DNA of 64,000 nucleotides from positions 530,999 through 594,998 of the forward strand of contig NW_014577077.1 in the NCBI RefSeq assembly GCF_000485595.1, in the 5' to 3' direction. This stretch comes from Priapulus caudatus. Lineage: Eukaryota. Positions 27,114-41,350 of the stretch are shown piece by piece; positions within the stretch are counted from its first letter, which is position 1, and the number at the start of each line of letters is the position of its first letter. The notes beneath the pieces are model-generated. The model searched no databases and was not told where the DNA came from. It worked only from the letters and a program-made list of their open reading frames with translations. A program made the position numbers and the translations under genes.

Positions 27114-28457
27114 GAATATTCCACGGTTCTCGTCATTCGGAAAGTACATACTGAACGCATTTTCGATGAAGGATTGAGACAGTGACAGTGTCGAACAGGG
27201 TACATGCATCCTAGACACATGTAGCCTGAGTCTAAGCAGAGCCTCGCGGAGGGCGGCCAGGGCCAGACGACTACACACGCAACACCGCCAAACGCAGCTG
27301 TACAGCAGAAGGACTTAGTTAAAGTGCCAGTACAAATAAACACAACTTTACCACCTTTAAATATTCTCAGCGCCGAGCAGCCGCCATATTTTCGTCCGAT
27401 GATACTCATTGGAGACTGCGAAATCCCCATTCATTTCCAGTGCTCTTATTCCCACACGGTGGCTGGAAGATGTCCTCATTTACGGGGCGGGGTTATTACA
27501 TAGATGCGCCTCAGCTATTTTACATGAATAGTTCGTATTCGAACAACGGCTCTTCTTAATTGCCACACCAAAAACCAGAAGGGTAGAATGATACTTATTA
27601 TAGGTGGCAGCACTGTATTGTATGGTGACATCCTCAATTTGCTGCACACGTACTAATTATACCCTACGAATATATTATTAGCACAAACTTCTCATTAGCA
27701 GTTTCCCATTAGTCTGCGTAATCGTGTATAAATCCATCAGTAAACAAGGACGATCTCGCACGAGCGAAGTGCATTTCGTTTAGAAATTGATAATAAATTC
27801 AACGCGCACAATGACACGCAGCGAAGCGTTAAAAATTTAATAGGGGAGAGCGACAGCGTGCGGAACACTGAGCAAACGCGTGCGGCCATCCTTTCTAATA
27901 CGCGAGAGGAAATATTCAATCACATCAGCGCTGATATACTAACAGCAGTGAGCCTGTATGGATTACCCACCCTCAATACGGGGGATTGTTTACCACTCTT
28001 CACCACGTCGGTAATGCACCGACTACTTAGTTCCTGTCCCGCCAACAGGTAGGTGCATGGTAACTCTGCTGGTAGGGAAGGATGGTGAAACGCAGCTATC
28101 CAATCATATAACAGCTTCTTCACACATCTGCTAGTGAAAACTCGAGAAACGCTGCTAAGCATGCGTGCTAACGTGCTATGCATGGGCCGACGGTAATGGC
28201 AACCTGCCAGGGCGGGTATCCTTTAAAAAAAAACGTGGCCATTTACGCACACTATGGCGATGTAAATGCTCAGATAACCACCTATCTGCACGCGAGAACA
28301 TAATATAACCATATAACCTGTCGCACCTATATCGCGGGGATATACATATCGGTGTTGGGAAAAATTAGCACTGGTTTGGCCATACAATAACGGCGTGAAA
28401 TAAAATAATGCGAAATACCAATGACGCCATTACACAGTTATAATTAAAAACACAACG

Positions 28458-28489
28458 CAAAATATCATATATATATATATGATATTTTG
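28458..28489. repeat. Perfect 32-bp palindrome, possible transposon scar
   Basis: CAAAATATC(AT)7GATATTTTG; flanks CACAACG / CACAATT match at 5 of 7 positions. Confidence 0.6.
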
Positions 28490-29877
28490 CACAATTTTTA
28501 AAAATTATATATATATATATAATATGAATTTACAATCAATAACATTAGTTTTTTCTCTGCATGTTTTGCGCGTAATTATAACGATTACGGATTTTTGAAT
28601 TGTAGGTGTGCCTTTACCTGTGTGCTATATAAGATAGACATAGTAACTGGTTCAAACATTTTAAGCACAAGAGAGTAATAGATACAACGATACGAGAGCC
28701 GTCTAAAACAATCCTCGTTCACTGAACATAATGTAAAATTAGAGCATTTATTAACGCATTTCTTTAATAAACAGAGGGACAAGAAATTGACACTTGCTTA
28801 CAACCCCGTGCGCGTCCTGCTATGCTGTTATATAACCCACATTATGTAACACACACGTATGTACTCGGTATTACACTTTACATCTTTACATCTATATGCG
28901 AAAAGGGTGACCATGACCATGCCTGTAAAATGCACTGATGTTAATTCGCAGTCTGCTTTATCCAGACGGTATAAGCCGAAGCGCAACAGAGAGCAGGTAT
29001 GTGAAATAGGAAACGTGATCCACCTACAGGTAAATTAAGGTGCGATAGTCGAGGTAAAAAAGCTGACGGCGAGACGCGCGAGAGTATATATTGCACGATC
29101 GATCGAATTGCACGAATATAGATGATAATGAAATAGGTGCTAATGGGCTTTTCTATTGTTACTCGATAATTGAACTACCATTACGATGCTGGGTGCACGT
29201 ACGGTTAATGGTGTAGCGCCTAATTACAAACGAAAAAAACACTGAAACGGCACAAAAATTATTTAGACGACGATATAGTAAGACGGGTTTCGCTATTCTG
29301 CCTATAACTCCTATCCTAATAAGGTCAGGTTCACGGCGTATTAGTTATTAGTTAGAATTAAAAATTCGATTTACCAAAACACCACACGCATATTCAAAAC
29401 AAACTCAGATTAAGAATTGGGTGATCGCGTCGTTGACATTTTGTTCGTTTATTTATACAGTAGAAAAGCATTTTAAAGGTGAAATCCTGCAGTCCATTTC
29501 TACTGTTCATTGATCATGCTAATATAATTCATCGTGAAATTGTCACTGCATATGTTACGCTATCAGAATATATTGATTCGCGTGTATTTGTTCGGTTTTA
29601 TACACGAGTTTCTGCCAAGAACATTACAATTAAGCCAAGCCAGTAAAAAGGTTAAGGCTTCATGAATGTTAGGGAGCCTAAAAGTAAATATTAGTCATCT
29701 AGTTATAACTGCCAGACTTACCCTGTCAACAAGCATCAGCTTCACTATTTCATGCCAGTTTATACAGCAACATTTTTATAAGCAAACCAAATACAGATTA
29801 CAAATAATCGGCTATAGAGCACTAAGAGAAGCAAGCTCCTCATCACATGCCATCATTCTCTACACAGAGAAAAGGAT

Positions 29878-30237
<360 letters not shown>

Positions 30238-33200
30238 GGGGAAGGAGACATTTCCTCCACAACAATTTAACCCCATCTTTTAATGCAAATTTAATAAGCA
30301 TAAACCTCTCATTAATTGTTTTAAAGGATAACAAAGCATTTCTAAACCATTGAAGGAAATACATTTCAATGAATACAACATAGTGACATTTACATTTTTA
30401 TAGCGTACGCAAGTAGAACATTAGGACTAATTAGACGTTTAGTGAATTCGATTTACACATTCACATGTTTTAACGGCTATATAGACATTTTTACATTGAC
30501 AATTTGCAGGGGAGACAATTTTCATATGAAATATTTAGGATACAGAAGACAGCGTTACAGATACAGCAGTACCGATACCGCGCAAATATCGCGGATAATT
30601 AGAATGTGATGGGAGAAAATCTGCCGACCATCCTCATCCTCTTTAAGTCAATGATGCGCCAGATGAATGAGTGCATGTTAGAACTTAAAAGAGCATTTCA
30701 AAGCGTATCATTGATTGAGAAGGCAAAGTTTACGTCATCAGTTTCACTTTCCCACATATAATAAACTGCTACGACTTGGAATTATACGTGTGATGACATG
30801 TTCTGTGAAGTTGGAGTGGAATTGAATTTGGTATCCAATTAGCATGCCAACTGAACAGCCCAAGGAACACATAGCAAGACAATTAAAGGCTTTGCGGAAG
30901 TGTTTGTTGAAATTAATTAACAAGTAACAAAGGTCGATGAAAATAATTTATAGTAGTTTGCACGATGACGTACGTGTGGTTGAAGTGACCATTATAACAA
31001 AATGTTCAACATGCCGTATAAGGCCTTGAACGAACTGTGATGAAGAAAGAGACTGTAATTAACTAGGAAATCATGGAAGGTTTTCATTTTCTGTGACAGT
31101 ATTCAATTACAACAATGTGCAGTCAAGCAATTTTACAAGTTTTCCGTGACACCGAAAATTAACAATAGGGTGATAGAACATATGAATGTGCTCAAGCCGC
31201 ACTTCCAATTCACAGATAAATAGCAACAATGTCAGTAAATGAATCTATATGTCTATGTGTCACTAACTTAGTATGATTAGTTAGAAATGACACTGGTAAC
31301 GTTTTCAGTGCTAATAAAAGGTTTATTGCTAGTGTATTTCTGTCAGCAAATATGTTATGCTGTACTTCCATAGTTCATGCGTTCATATTTGGTCTGTCAT
31401 ATAGGTATTTCCCTGACGGTCTCGCCATTTTAGTGGGAATGACTCCGCAATAAAGTGTACTATTATGCATCGTAAATGTACGATTCATGCATCATAGAAG
31501 CCTAGTACGCAAAAAATGGTCATGCTGATTTTGTTGTAATATCCAGCAATTTTGCTAAATTATATAGCCATTATAACAGGGACATTAGCTTGTTTTTGAA
31601 ATGAAATCCGGCAGACACGTGGGACATGAGACTCGCTCAAAACATTGGCAAAGGTTCCGCAAGAAAACAAATACTTTGAATATGTATTCATTGAACATGA
31701 AAATAACTTCGAGTTCACTGCAGGCATTATTAATTCATTTTCGTGTCATATTTCTTCCGGCCCTAGCTCCTCAACGTTTTTAACGCATGTACTTTAGCAC
31801 GTCGTGACAAGACATCTGTCCTTTTGGCAAGCAAACCACTCAAGCAGAGAATTTCAGGAAATACAGATAAAGACCAAACACGATCAACACTGACCCATAA
31901 AGAATACGCTGTGTAGTTCTTTAGTGATAGCACGCTGATAACCCAGTACCTCTTTGCATAGATACAATCAGCAACATGCAAATGCTCACTATCAGTTCAC
32001 CACATCATACTCATAGACTACAAATAATCTGTGCATTTCCTTTAACGCGTTTTTCATTCCTATTAAAATGTGTGTCGGGTAAATATTGACAGCAAAAATC
32101 GGAATAATCGGAGTGATTACATATAATGGAATGGAAGTAAATTAAAAAAACATCGTGTTTATCAAGCCAGAATCAAAGGGCCTTTGGGGAAAATAAATAC
32201 CAAAAGTGTAAAAATACCAATACCATCTCTTGAAACCTAGTCTTCCGAAATATCGTTTTGTAATGAACGATAGTAAAGTATGTATTTATTAATGTAGCCT
32301 ATATTACAATATAAATTGGGGTTATTACCGTAGGCTATTTACTGGAGGGTCAGGATCCAATGGCGCAAGCGCACTTCGTGCAGTGACCCCATGGTCTAAC
32401 ATTGAACAACGTTTTCTTCTGCAAGAACTATACTCGGTGTTTTGGGGGCTTATAGGACGTTTCGATGCATATTAGACGCACCCCAAAATGCAGGGTCATA
32501 AGGTCATAAACTGAGAGAAACGGTTAACTGCCTAACCCTTCCACTCATAAGCAAGGCTGCATCCGTGTTTTTTTCTGCCCCATCTTTACATTTCATGTAA
32601 CTAGGTGTGTAATATACCGTACCGTAAGGCCCTTGCTATAATAATGTCCGCTACATCAATCATCAGCTTATAGGATGCAAAATTATTACTGGAGACATTT
32701 CCTGAGAAAGAATACGCCGATATAAGCCGCTATATACGGTACATTCTAAAAATTCCCGATGAAATTGAATGGCAGTACGAAATATCCACGCTTGTCCGTC
32801 TCAACTGATGAGCTCTTATGAGAAATGCCAGGCGACCTACAGCACTGCAATGATGGGCTGTCTGTGACCACACACACACACACACACTCACAACTCGTTC
32901 AACATGTAATTGGTTTCAGCACGAGTCATTTAGCGTACATTCATCCCTAAAATTAGGTACATATTGGGTATTATAACCTCGTACATAGCTTTGATGATGC
33001 TTATTCGTTATGATTATAGCATTTCGTCTTCGCGGAATGCGGACGGCTGCAATGCATTATCTCAACGATTGTTTCGTATTGTAAACTGATTCAGTAAACG
33101 TCTGCATCAATATTTTCGTAAACCGTTAACGTATAAACCAACGCCGTTCGTTCCTAATTCCACCATACGTGTTGTCATCCTACCCGACTAGAAAAAAAAA

Positions 33201-34801
33201 TCTGCTTTACTTCTTCAATACCTTTCCGGTTGTCGCAATACCAAAATTCAGCAGAAATGGGAAGGCGGCGTTAATATAACATCTTTTTAGTAGTAGACGT
33301 ACTACATCTATAATGCGTATAGCATCCCATAATTTTCTCTGTACACGCGTGCATTTATCAAGATATATAGTTTCGTTAGAGTAAATGATTGCGCTATATA
33401 AAAGTCCACCTCTCCAATTTTCACCTTACCCGCCTATCACAGAAGACCACATAGCTATCTAAATGCCACCGCTGTACTGACAGAGTTCTATAGACCTATC
33501 AATGACACTATACACATTTTCTATCTTCCCAGCCTTCAGCTCGCCAGTCAGAGCTCCATTGCCTATATGTTGATGTTGTCTGTTCATGAATTTACCTTAC
33601 TGATGAACCGTTACTACTACAACTTAACACTTCCCAATTGTGAAGATGTTTCGAATTCAGAAATTCGAAGAACAGATTTGCGTGTTGACAATTAAAGTCA
33701 GATCAATCGGTCTGACTGATGATAAAAACTAGTGGTTTCTCAAGGACATGCCACCACCAGCTACGCCGCCAGCATTAACTGCAGTCAGCTTTTTAACACC
33801 GAGCACAAAAGCTATTGCACAGCGAGTATCAGAACAAACGCGCTGCAAGTTTGCAGCAGACAACTTGCAGCAGACAGGCTTGCTATAGCATCGATCAGGA
33901 GTAACTCATCACAAACTTGTGATCATTCTCTCCTGCATCTATCCACGTGGACGACGGTGACGTCACAAATGTCTCAGTGCGCGTTCATGCTACAAGCGTG
34001 GCTGCCGATTATATTGTATAACAACCCAGGGGATCGCCCCCCCCCCCAGCTGCACATTATATACGCTACACTATAGTACGTCAATGGGTACATCTACCGC
34101 GAAAGTCACTGTTTACACATTGAAAGTGCTCGCGCTCGTCTTGAAGCTCCATTTAATTAAGCACACGAAAATAAATAACAGTAGTAAAATATAATTAAAT
34201 GACACCGAGCGAATTTCTCTCTGAAAAATCTCCCATCATTGCATTTTTGAGCTTCCGCTATACAGGCTGTCAGACCCTCGCGCGTTGACAGCAATCTCGC
34301 AGGCAAATGCGATAAGCTGCGTTTGCAGCTTGGCAGGAAATGACAAATGGAAAGTAGAATTGAGCTGGGTGTAAGCGATTTCCCTAGCGGCTCGTGGTGA
34401 CGGCTAGCAGCTAGCTACACGTGTGCGAGCGCGCGCGCGCGTACCACGAACACACACACCAGTCAAGTCGGCACGTCTCAATCCCTCCCGTGTTGTAGCA
34501 CGTGTTGAAATCTCACTGCCGACATGCGATCTAGTTGCCGACCATGCAAGCAGGTTGTTGAGCGCAATGCAAGCGCGCGAAGACGCATTCAGTTAGCGTC
34601 CCAATAATACGCAGTCCCTATAGTAAAACCATGCTCGTTCATACTTGCCTTATGTAAGCAGCATCAATTGCCATGCACGTCTGTTCATGTGCGTGCGGCA
34701 AAATAATCTGTGCCCTAACCCCAACTGGCAACCTATCCGCCTCATGGCCTCATATAAGTACTCAACAACAGCCAATAAGGGACTAATATTATGAGCGGGC
34801 A

Positions 34802-35329
34802 GCGTGATTTTTTTTTCTAGGTCAATCAAGAACATAGGGCTCTAGTGAGCGCTGCTATTGGTTGAGCTTGTTTCGTCGCTCAATGACGTCACAGTGTCGT
34901 CATATTCATAGCACATCCAAAATTCATAATTGCAATATCCCTCAATAGCCTAGCGAGTACAGCACGCAATTCAAGTCTGAAGGGTCGGTGGATCGAATCC
35001 GATCCATTTTCTAATTATTTTCCTGTTTTCTGTATTTTTCTATCTTTATCCGTTTAACAATTTTTTTCCAATTAACGCAATGATTTATTTACATTTGAAT
35101 AACAACAATTTATTTTAACAACAATTAAGAACAACAATTTAACAACAAACATGAACAACAAACAAACAACAAACAACAATTAATAACAACATGTTAATAA
35201 CAACAATTAAACATTATATTTTTTATATATTTTTTTAAATAGGAGTTTGAGGCACGTGATTTGTATCAACCAATGGCAGCGCTCACTAGAGCCCTATGTT
35301 CTTGATTGACCTAGGAAAAAAAATCACGC
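34802..35329 (+). mobile_element. MULE-like MITE with internal tRNA-like A/B boxes, copy 1
   Basis: ~60-bp TIRs GCGTGATTTTTTTTCTAGGTCAATCAAGAACATAGGGCTCTAGTGAGCGCTGCYATTGGTTGA; TSD GAGCGGGCA (34793-34801) / GAGCGGGAA (35330-35338). Confidence 0.9.
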
Positions 35330-36106
35330 GAGCGGGAAAGTCATATATGCGTGCTTTGATTCATTCACCGGGCGCCATGTTCTTTCCCTGCTGTAAATTT
35401 CGAAACATTTCACCCACACTACTAAACCCACCCGTCTTCAGACAATTCTTTGCCATCGATCTTCAGCATTCATGAAGCACAGCAGAGTTACAACGTGTAA
35501 TGCTAAAACCTGATAAACCTATGATATCTCTAATTAGTGAGCAAAATTACGAGACACGAGGGCATAAAAACGCATGAAATTTCACGGCTATAGAAGAAAT
35601 GTCACTGTAAGTGCATCACAGACGACTCTGCGACTGTGATGTATAGTAACTTTCAGCCAAGCTAAATGCGCCTACCATCGCATACGGGCGAACACAATTA
35701 TATACGCAAGGCAATTAACATTTTATATATATTGTATATAGTTTTACATACAAAAGTAAATCTATTAGACTATCGTATTTAAACACCTTCATATCTTTTA
35801 TGGCAAAATTACAGTATTGTATTCGGGTATCACCTAGGTTCTATGTTTAACGACTACGGAAACCCAGACAACAAGAATCTATTATTAGCTATTACACTCT
35901 AGCTATAGGTTCAAAATGCAGGCTGCCCTCGGAAAACACATTTAGATTCCTCTGCTGTTGATCACACTAAACCGGATCCACACTAACCTGCACTTAAAAC
36001 GCACGCCAGCGGTATAGATCGAGAATAATCGATGAAACGCTGCAAGCAGCGACAAACATTACTATCTAACACGTCCTGAACGATAAATACGTCGAGAGAA
36101 ACTCAC

Positions 36107-36200
36107 CCCATTCTATCGGAGACATACGAATCATATCCACCATCGAACCACTCCACGGTATGTCTGCGATGGATGCTTCTCCACCAGTTTCTAGCGTTGG
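36107..36200 (-). CDS. TRAPPC9: TRAPPC9 homologue, internal exon
   Basis: PTLETGGEASIADIPWSGSMVDMIRMSPIEW, resembling human PSLKRSGEASV..APLQWD as recalled; preceded by TCCTTAAC..CAG, followed by GTGAGT; phase 0 in, phase 1 out. Confidence 0.85.
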
Positions 36201-39200
36201 CTGTGACACAGTTAAGGATCAACGGGTGCTAATCAACGCTTGCACTGGGTGCATGATGTAAAGCAGGGCTTAATCATGTAAAAAGCAATAACTAGCCGGT
36301 AATAAGATGGGCAAAAACTTAAAACATAAACACACGCCCTTTGCAAAGGCAATCTCATTGGAACAGCAGGATAGATGGAATCTACACGTAAATATACTGT
36401 TAATTAATGCTGCTCGTACATCTAACCGATCATAAATCCGATGAATTAACTTGCCGCATAAGAAGCTGCATGGGTTATAAATGAGAAAATCCTCACGGTT
36501 TTAAGAACATTAATAAATTCTCGTTTATCCAAATGAGCTCGAAGATACGGAGAGTGAATTTTCTTGAAGACTTACTTGATTATAAGATCACACACGCACA
36601 CCACGCAAACCCAAAAACTAGAGGATAGTTTGGAGACATCGCAAACTCACACACCAAAATATTAGGGCTTCCTGTACCGTCGTTCCAATGCGTCGCATTT
36701 TTGCGATTTACACGCATTTTCGATCAAGAATGAATACCAAGTTCTATGTCTAGACAGCTGCCGTCCTCAACCAACCAATCCATTCATTCCTCCATCTATT
36801 ATGTATCAAAGACCACAGACATGATATTTCGAAAATGAAGTCATATGGAATTATTTGTCAAATACTTCCAGGAAATATGTTGTTATACCTATTCGCGGAT
36901 ACCCAACTACTTATCACTCCCAACTTAAAAATTAACTTGAAAATACTTGAAACTTGAAGTGATTACGTCATCGTAAATAGTAAAACTAAAATAAATATTT
37001 CCACTTTTTCACAAAATGTAAGTAATTCTGTTCACTTTTTATGGTTAAATTGCTGCATTATACTTCCTATTTTCCTATATTGTTTGATGTAAACATACGC
37101 TCGTGACTCATACATAGCCCATAGCAAGAAATTAATGTCAGGATAATAATATCAAATCGTCCAGGTTTTTTGGATTTTTAACTAGTTGAGAAACAGTTCT
37201 TATCTTATCAGGTAAGAATTTGACGATACATTTAGTCCCGTTAGTACGTATTTTTAATGTACAAAAATGGCAATTTTTTTTTTACAAATATCACCATAGA
37301 AAATTCGTGACGTAGTCAATTTAAATGTTATGCTGTTACAGTATAAAAATAGCAATTAAGCAGGCAATAATGCATGTATTTGAGAAGAGGTTTGATATAC
37401 AATTCCAAGTTATGCATGAATTTATTTAATAGAAGTTTTATGCAGTAAGGGGCAGTTTCACCAGTTTGACAAGGGTGCATCACCACTAGGGGTGCTCCAG
37501 ATCTTAGATTCGGCTGGAACACACCAGCTGGAACCCCAATTTTCGGCTGCGACCAGAACTCTTCATATACAGTCGACAGGAGCCAATCTTTTTACCAATT
37601 TCGTTTCTGTTACTAGAAACATCTTTATGGCAAGAAATTATAATTTTACCATCCTACTTCCTGTCTTATTAAACTGTCCCATAAATAAATAAAGTCACCC
37701 CATTAAGCAAGAATTTCTCTTGTACTGAAGGCAGATGACTGTCATACACCGAACAACCATCTTGTAATTAGAACTTTAAGCATCGTCTTAGTGGTCTGAG
37801 TGCTGACACTGCCCGCTAATGCTATTTCGTTTGGGTCAGGTAATTTTGCACTACATGGAGCCAAAAGTGTCATGTTTATTTCTAGCTAAAGTTCTTGTCC
37901 CAGCTAAAACATCAAAATTCGAACCCTGTTACCACCATTGTCTCACATCATGTGTCAATAGGTACACTGAGAGGGTTCCGCACAGGAAAACTCAAGAAAC
38001 CGTCAGTCCTGCCAATGCGGCAGTTTAAACTCAATTCATCCTAAAATCCGTGTATAGATGTTACCAAGAGTAGATAATAACACAAGAGTGAGACACCCGA
38101 TTCCCGCATTTTTAACCGATTTTTCTCATCAAAATTTGCCACCAATAAAGAAGCAAGTGTATACGTTCCTCAGCTTATTATGACCGCTAATCACTCACCT
38201 TCGTGGTACTGATATTCGTTTACATATATTTGCTAGCGTATTGCTGTAAATCGTAATCTTGCACGAGCTGAATTCGCACCATTTACCGCTATTGTGTGAA
38301 GTGTTAAGACAAATTTTGAAGCTATAGTGGCGCCAATATTTAGCAACGGACTGTTTCCAAATCATTCGTGCCCCGATAGGGGTTTAATGTACTTGATTAC
38401 CTGCACGTGCGTAATGTGATACTTACTGCAAACTACTACAGAGAATATTGTTATTATTGTATTATTACTTATGTAAGATAGTATGTCAATTTCTTGTGTT
38501 GCGATCACAATAACTGAGTGCGTCTCGCGGTTCCTCACGAAATCAAAATTCGAAATTTAGAATGTCTGTCAACCCTATCGGGGCACGAATGATTTGGAAA
38601 CAGTCCGTTGCTAAATATTGGCACCACTATAGCTTCAAAATTTGTCTTAACACCTCACACAATAGTGGTAAATGGTGCGAATTCAGCTCGTGCAAGATTA
38701 CGATTTACAGCAATACGCTAGCAAATATATGTAAACGAATATCAGTACCACGAAGGTGAGTGATTATAGTGGTCATAATAAGCTGAGGAACGTATACACT
38801 TGCTTCTTTATTGGTGGCAAATTTTGATGAGAAAAATCGGTTAAAAATGCGGGATCGCTTCTTTATTGGTGGCAAATTTTGATGAGAAAAATCGGTTAAA
38901 AATGCGGGAATCGGGTGTCTCACTCTTGTGTTATTATCTACTCTTGATGTTACTGCGCTATTACTAATATCGACAGACATATAACTATTTTCAATAATTA
39001 CCTTGTTAGAACCTTTATGAGTTTTAAGGCTTGGTATACACTGCATATGCAATTCAGTCCACATTAGTAGAACAACATACAATACGTTGATACAAACATT
39101 CACGTTCATATTTGAATACACACAGCAATGAGCATATAATGCAGACAGTACCTGAACGAAGGCCGAAAGGGCAATACGGGTATTGGAAGATGGAAGGTTG

Positions 39201-39256
39201 GCACTACCTAAGAGCACTCTTCACACTTTGACAAGGTGAAGTTTGTGATAGGATAC
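36201..39256 (-). other. TRAPPC9: U12-type (minor spliceosome) GT-AG intron of TRAPPC9
   Basis: 5' site GTATCCTAT at 39256-39248; branch site TCCTTAAC at 36218-36211, 10 nt before the exon, with no polypyrimidine tract; joins WQS|PTL in frame. Confidence 0.85.
38065..38946. mobile_element. P-superfamily/Galileo-like foldback MITE
   Basis: ~315-bp near-identical inverted arms (38065-38383 vs 38571-38946), CAAGAG..CTCTTG termini, perfect 7-bp TSD ATGTTAC (38058-38064 / 38947-38953); ~55-bp tandem duplication in the right arm. Confidence 0.9.
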
Positions 39257-39380
39257 AGACTGCCATCGTATGTCGACAAGGTCGGCGACGTGTTGCCTGC
39301 AGATGCTGTCGATGCTTGTATCATTGCTCATCAGCTTCAGAATCTTGGCCAGCGGGCAGCGTTCGACCTGATACGGGATT
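39257..39380 (-). CDS. TRAPPC9: TRAPPC9 homologue, internal exon
   Basis: (R)IPYQVERCPLAKILKLMSNDTSIDSICRQHVADLVDIRWQS; TTCCAG acceptor; phase 2 in matches the upstream exon, phase 0 out. Confidence 0.85.
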
Positions 39381-39602
39381 CTGGAACAGCGTGCATGCAT
39401 TATTCACTGACGGTCAAGGATAACACAGTGTGCATGCAGCTCGGTGAACAGATCCGTGCAGACGATTGCGATGCAAGGCTGCACAAATATACGTTTGCGT
39501 AACCGGTCATGTTACGAAATTAAAACAAAAGTGGCACCTCCCCCCTTCCCACATGCACGCACGCACGCACGTACGCACGCACGCACACACGCAGCACGCA
39601 CA

Positions 39603-39653
<51 letters not shown>

Positions 39654-39930
39654 ACACTTTATGGATCATGGCTGCTCTAACTCCGCCAGAGCCGCTCTTC
39701 GCACCAGCTTCACAAGCAGCAGCTATTAGCTGTGACATCCAGCAGATTTGTCACAACTTTCTTGAGTCAAGGCCACAATTGTAACATCAAACGACAGCAG
39801 TTAGCAAATAGAGCAAGTGCAGGCAAAGAATTACAGGTGCAAGTAGTATGAGATATATACTAATTCAATTGTTTGCACGCAATGGCTCAATTGTAGTGCT
39901 GGTTTCGAATACATATATAAATGCAACTAC

Positions 39931-40041
39931 CTGCTTGTTTCGTCTGCTTCAATGATCACACACTTGCTGTCACTGTAGTAAATCTCCATTTCATGGTCGG
40001 TTGTGTTGAGGATATCGAATACTAGATAGCACATGCAGGGT
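39931..40041 (-). CDS. TRAPPC9: TRAPPC9 homologue, internal exon
   Basis: (I)PCMCYLVFDILNTTDHEMEIYYSDSKCVIIEADETS(R), resembling human QCHLLLDVFNSTEHEL..; TTTGCAG acceptor, AG|GTAGT donor; phase 2-2. Confidence 0.9.
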
Positions 40042-40894
40042 CTGCAAAGTTTTCCACACCATGTTAGACTGAGCAGTACACGTAATTTTTCTTCAAGTAT
40101 TTTCATGGAAAAATATAAAAATCATACATTTTTATGTTCGTGTAGCAAATATAGCCATTCATTCCTACGACCAATATCAAGAAATCTACTTTCATTCGTT
40201 GCATCATATTTTAATTTTACGAAAGTGCTACACCGCAGAGAAATCTGGAGAATTTTGGCAAAGCCACGTTTTGACATATTATCGCCCAGGTTTCCTTCAC
40301 AGCCAGCCTTCAGTCAAGTTAATCATCAACAATGATGTGTCATGCTAAAGCACTGCCAAGCTTTAAGAGGATTTTTACTTATCTACCTACAGCCCAGCCC
40401 AATACCTATACTATGACGACATATATACTACACTTCTTAGGAGACACGCCACAGATTGCTTCAAATTCTAATTGAACCTTTAAATATGTGCCAGCAGGTT
40501 GTGTGCTCACACTGGTGATCCTGAGCATACATGGTGGACAAGCCATGCTGACAAGAACGGCTTGAGCATAGCACATCTTTTACAAATTGCTCGTTAAATT
40601 GTTGCAGGAACCTCGCAGTCCCAAGAGGACACACTGCTGCGTTGTCGTCCATGCAAGCATCTGCCTAGTCGCCAAGCATGCGTCTGTCAAGGACATTCTT
40701 GCTGTATGCGCAAACATGGAGTCCTTAAGGAACATTCGGTCTATGTGCGCGCACGTATGCAGTTTCTTATAGGTATCGTTTTAAGATACCTGTGCAGGCA
40801 TATACATGCATTCTACGTTTATATGCGCGCGCGGCCGTGTGCGCGTGCGTGCGTGCGTGTGTGCGCGCGTGTCTGTGTGTGCGTGCGTGCGTGC

Positions 40895-40939
<45 letters not shown>

Positions 40940-40942
<3 letters not shown>

Positions 40943-41290
40943 GGTGCGAAATTAACGGGAGTCCGGGGTCAAATACTCCCTGATTTACTGACGGACTCCT
41001 GATTTGACATATGCAGGAGTCCGTGTGACTCCCTGAAAATTCTGCCATACTAACTAGTTCGTTCCGGTGCACAGCCTCGTGGAATTGCCGTATTTTTTCA
41101 GCAAATGTCCAAAGAAAATTTGGCAGACGTGCAACCGCATGAATCTTCAAAATAAGCACATATGCGTTATTGTTAATATCTTTAATTTTGAACTTCAGGC
41201 TGCGGCTCCCTCATTTTGCCGCGGATTCCCTCTTTTTGAGGACAGCTAGGGCGTTGGACTCCCTTGTTCAAAAGTTCATTTCTACCCCTG
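40940..41290. mobile_element. hAT-like MITE inserted in a (GT)n tract
   Basis: Imperfect TIRs CAGGGTGCGAAAT / ATTTCTACCCCTG; TGTGTGTG on both sides (low-complexity, so weak TSD evidence). Confidence 0.6.
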
Positions 41291-41318
41291 TGTGTGTGCG
41301 CGCGCATGCGTGTGTGTG

Positions 41319-41350
<32 letters not shown>

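Noticed and set aside
27920..28070. Candidate next TRAPPC9 exon (..VLRVGNPYRL..)
   Set aside because: Only superficial similarity; runs into a stop and lacks the QD.QNG motif.
34938..35005. Functional tRNA gene
   Set aside because: A/B boxes only; no convincing acceptor or anticodon stems, and it lies inside a MITE.
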